Origin: a bacterium
GTDB taxonomy: Bacteria; Fidelibacterota; Marinisomatia; Marinisomatales; UBA1611
Direction: 5' to 3'
Assembly: GCA_038127595.1 (NCBI GenBank)
Contig: JAYPIC010000056.1
Span: 1 to 11,250 of the forward strand
DNA length: 11,250 bases
Positions 8,320 to 11,250 of this stretch are shown piece by piece. The position numbers and the translations under genes are program-made. Positions within the stretch are counted from its first letter, which is position 1; every line of letters starts with the position of its first letter. A model generated the notes under the pieces. That model saw only the letters and a list, made by a program, of their open reading frames with translations. It made no database searches and had not been told where the DNA came from.

Positions 8320-8439
8320 TATTTTGTCAATTTAATAATTTATTGATTAGGAAAAATTAATTATTTAAGTTATGAATCTTAATTGTTTTATCTTTTTAAG
8401 ATAAGAATACTTAATAATTAACAAAAAGTAGATATTAAA

Positions 8440-9459
8440 TTGGCAAATAAATCGAAAAAAATAAATGTAGCCATTTTTGGCTTTGGTAGAATTGGTAGAA
8501 ATATATTCAGGCTCGCTTTTAATGATCCTAGATTTAACATTGTAGCAATAAGCGAATTTGGTCCAGCTGAGGCATTGCATTACTTGCTTGCCAGGGATTC
8601 TGTTCATGGTAAGCTGAATGAGCCCATAGAGCTTGATGGAAATCAGCTTGTTATCGGAGATCAAAGAGTATCTATCCTTCCAGGTGCAAAGCCTGGAATG
8701 ATCCCATGGTCCACAATGGACGTAGACTTTGTCATTGACGCGACTGGAGCATATCTAGAAAGAAATGAGCTTGATAAGCATATTCAGGCAGGTGCGAAAA
8801 GAGTTATAGTTTCTAGGACTCCGGACGACAGAATTGATCGAATGATTATTCATGGAATTAATGAAGAATCAGCTGAAGATTCTGATAAAATTATATCTGC
8901 TACTTCCTCAACTACTCAGGCATTTGGTTTGATGTTGCGGATACTTGATGATAATTTTAATGTGAAGAAAGCTATGATGACAACAGTTCATGCTTACACC
9001 GCTGATCAACCATTAACTGATGCTATTGGTTTAGACCTTAGAAGAAGTAGGTCGGCGGTTGAAAATATCATTCCCAATACAACCGGTGCTCCAAAAATTA
9101 TTGAAAAGTTAATGCCAGAATTTGAAGGCAAACTTGATGGTATTGCTTTTAACGTTCCAGTGCCTAATGGTTCATGCGTTGATATGACCACCGAATTGGA
9201 AAAAGTACCTTCTCCTGAAGAAGTTAATGAAGTTCTTAAAGAAGCTTCAAATGGAAAGTACAAAAATTTTATAGGTTATACAGATGATCCAATAGTGTCT
9301 AGTGATGTAATTGGTCGAGAGGAAACAATGGTTTTCGACTCAAAGGCTACTATGGTTACTGCTGATAACCTTTTAAAAACCCTATGTTGGTACGACAATG
9401 GCTGGGGTTTTTCAAAACGAATTCTTGATACAATTAAAACTTACCATAAGGATGTTTAG
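8440..9459 (+). CDS. GAPDH-family paralog lacking the catalytic cysteine (probable pseudoenzyme)
   Basis: 339 aa, TTG start. Contains GFGRIGR, DSVHG, PW...VDFVIDATG, AGAKRVIVS, TTVHAYTADQ, DLRRSRSAVENIIP, PIVSSDVIG and WYDN. The active-site motif reads SATSSTTQAF instead of SNASCTTNCL. Confidence 0.9.
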   Translation: MANKSKKINVAIFGFGRIGRNIFRLAFNDPRFNIVAISEFGPAEALHYLLARDSVHGKLNEPIELDGNQLVIGDQRVSILPGAKPGMIPWSTMDVDFVIDATGAYLERNELDKHIQAGAKRVIVSRTPDDRIDRMIIHGINEESAEDSDKIISATSSTTQAFGLMLRILDDNFNVKKAMMTTVHAYTADQPLTDAIGLDLRRSRSAVENIIPNTTGAPKIIEKLMPEFEGKLDGIAFNVPVPNGSCVDMTTELEKVPSPEEVNEVLKEASNGKYKNFIGYTDDPIVSSDVIGREETMVFDSKATMVTADNLLKTLCWYDNGWGFSKRILDTIKTYHKDV

Positions 9460-9462
9460 AAG

Positions 9463-10470
9463 ATGAAAACTCGTATAGGAATTAATGGCTTTGGCCGTAT
9501 TGGTAGATCAGTTTTTAGAGTTTTAAACTCAAGAGATGATATTGAGATTGTAGCAATAAACGATATTTTTGATAAAGAAGCTCTTACTTATCTTTTAAAA
9601 TATGATACGGTAATGGGTAGATTTCCATCTGAGGTCTCATTGGATGGTGACATGTTAAAAGCAGGTCAGCAAAATGTAAAACTTATCGCTGAGAGGGTTC
9701 CATCTGAACTACCTTGGGGAGAGCTAGGTGTAGATATCGTTGTAGAATCGACTGGTATTTTTAGACAAAGAGAGCAGTTAGAGCAGCACTTAAATGCGGG
9801 TAGCAAGAAAGTTGTATTAACTGTACCTGCAAAAGATGCGATTGATTATACAGTTGTTTTAGGAGTAAACGATAGTGGCCTTAAGTCAGAACACAAAATT
9901 GTATCAAACGCAAGTTGTACGACTAATTGTTTAGCCCCAATGGCTAAGGTTTTAAATGAGAATTTTGGTATTCAGCTGGGCGTAATTAATACCATACATG
10001 CATACACAAATGATCAAAGGCTTGCAGATGTACCACACTCTGATTGGAGAAGAAGTAGAGCTGCCGCCGAAAATGTTATACCCACTACGACTGGTGCTGC
10101 TAGGGCAGTGGGTGTTGTTCTTCCCGAGCTTAATGGGAAGTTGGATGGAATTGCTATGCGCGTACCAGTACCTGATGGTTCAGTCGTTGACTTTAATGTT
10201 CAACTCAATACAGACGTTACTGTAGATCAGGTTAATGAAGCTGTGAGAGAAGCTTCTAAAAATGGATCTCTGAAAGGTATTCTAGAATATTCTACATTAC
10301 CTGTTGTTTCATCTGATATTATTGGTAATAGTCACTCTTCTATTTTTGATGCTCCATTTACCAGAGTAATTGGTGGTAATTATGTGAAGACTCTCAATTG
10401 GTATGATAATGAATGGGGGTATTCAAATAGAGTTGTTGACCTTGTTGCTCTTCTTGGAAGCATCGGTTAA
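9463..10470 (+). CDS. gap: Type I glyceraldehyde-3-phosphate dehydrogenase, intact, probably NAD-dependent
   Basis: 335 aa with GINGFGRIGR, AIND, VESTG, SNASCTTNCLAP, TIHAYTNDQ, DVPHSDWRRSRAAA, GIAMRVP and WYDNEWGYSNR. TAAGGA SD at 9447-9452 lies inside the upstream gene. Confidence 0.98.
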   Translation: MKTRIGINGFGRIGRSVFRVLNSRDDIEIVAINDIFDKEALTYLLKYDTVMGRFPSEVSLDGDMLKAGQQNVKLIAERVPSELPWGELGVDIVVESTGIFRQREQLEQHLNAGSKKVVLTVPAKDAIDYTVVLGVNDSGLKSEHKIVSNASCTTNCLAPMAKVLNENFGIQLGVINTIHAYTNDQRLADVPHSDWRRSRAAAENVIPTTTGAARAVGVVLPELNGKLDGIAMRVPVPDGSVVDFNVQLNTDVTVDQVNEAVREASKNGSLKGILEYSTLPVVSSDIIGNSHSSIFDAPFTRVIGGNYVKTLNWYDNEWGYSNRVVDLVALLGSIG

Positions 10471-10476
10471 TTCCAT

Positions 10477-11250
10477 TTGACTAAAAATAGAACTAAAATA
10501 ATTGCAACAGTAGGCCCTAGTTGCTCTGATGCTAATGTTTTAAGTTCTATGATTGAAAGCGGTGTCAATTGTTTTCGTGTAAATCTCTCCCATGGCACTC
10601 AAAATGAAAAAAAATCATATTTTGAACTGATAAATTCTGTTTCTGACGCCAGCAATAAAACTCGTCCAGCAATCTTAGCAGATCTTGCTGGTCCAAAAGT
10701 TAGAATTAGAAATATTGATAAAACATTTAAATTATCTGAAGGTCAAATAGTAACTGTTAGCAGTGCTGAAAAAGGCGACGCAATAATTCCTATATCAAAG
10801 GGTTTAGTTTTCAAAAATCATGATCCTGATGCAAAAATAATGATAAACGATGGCAAGGTATGTCTAGAAATCATTGAATTATTAAATGAGTCTTCATTTA
10901 AGTGTAAAACTATAGTACCCGGGAAAATTAAGAGTAAGAAGGGTGTAAACTTTTTAGGGGTGACCTTAAATGTTCCAAGTTTGACGTCTCAGGATGAAAA
11001 TGATTTAGCTCTAGCTCTTGAAAATGGCGCTGATTGGGTTGCCTTATCCTTTACGAGGACAGCAATTGATTTTAGTTTAGTCAAATCAAAAATAAAAGAA
11101 CATGGTTATAATACCCCCGTAATGGCAAAAATTGAAAAATGGGAAGCTGTTAAAAACCTTGATTCAATTGTACAAGCCTTTGATGGAGTTATGGTTGCTA
11201 GAGGCGATCTTGGAGTAGAGCTTCCTCTAGAGCAGGTACCTGTCATACAG
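10477..11250 (+). CDS. pyk: Pyruvate kinase, 3' truncated by the window edge
   Basis: Manual translation from TTG 10477 is open to the end: MTKNRTKIIATVGPS...FRVNLSHG...AILADLAGPKVR...INDGKV...KGVNF...DWVALSF...MAKIEK...DGVMVARGDLGVELPLEQVPVIQ. Confidence 0.96.
   Translation, partial: MTKNRTKIIATVGPSCSDANVLSSMIESGVNCFRVNLSHGTQNEKKSYFELINSVSDASNKTRPAILADLAGPKVRIRNIDKTFKLSEGQIVTVSSAEKGDAIIPISKGLVFKNHDPDAKIMINDGKVCLEIIELLNESSFKCKTIVPGKIKSKKGVNFLGVTLNVPSLTSQDENDLALALENGADWVALSFTRTAIDFSLVKSKIKEHGYNTPVMAKIEKWEAVKNLDSIVQAFDGVMVARGDLGVELPLEQVPVIQ

Noticed and set aside
6469..8439. TTCCTAAT / ATTAGGAA inverted pair flanking amtB-glnK as possible mobile-element ends; intrinsic terminators after ilvC and glnK
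   Set aside because: The match is only 8 bp, with no transposase or target duplication. No GC-rich stem with a U-tract was found in either spacer.
8440..9459. First GAPDH copy as erythrose-4-phosphate dehydrogenase (epd), NADP-dependent GapB, or a pseudogene
   Set aside because: Epd and GapB both need the catalytic Cys, which is absent. The ORF is uninterrupted with structural motifs conserved end to end, unlike a decaying pseudogene.
2265..10225. Short ORFs 2265..2594, 2745..2978, 3944..4138, 4930..5127, 7348..7647, 8365..8664, 9006..9263 (all -) and 9998..10225 (+)
   Set aside because: They lie within or largely overlap well-supported genes, have no recognisable motifs, and look like typical shadow ORFs.

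Overview
AT-rich bacterial chromosomal segment of core metabolism, with no mobile elements, RNA genes or CRISPR seen. Left to right: fbaA (class II aldolase, minus strand, runs off the left edge, missed by the ORF track); a divergent intergenic region with an unannotated Ile-rich leader ORF and competing RNA hairpins (probable attenuator); ilvD-ilvB-ilvN-ilvC, whose ilvC is of the fungal Ilv5/Bacteroidota type; amtB followed by a divergent P-II gene; two tandem GAPDH-family genes; and pyk (runs off the right edge, missed by the ORF track). Most notable: (1) the first GAPDH copy is full length but lacks the catalytic Cys and the substrate-phosphate Arg, while keeping the NAD-binding and S-loop motifs. 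It lies 3 nt upstream of an intact gap, so it is a candidate pseudoenzyme partner. (2) The ilv leader has no canonical U-tailed terminator. (3) The P-II protein lacks Tyr51 and Gln39. All homology calls come from recognised motifs, not from database searches.
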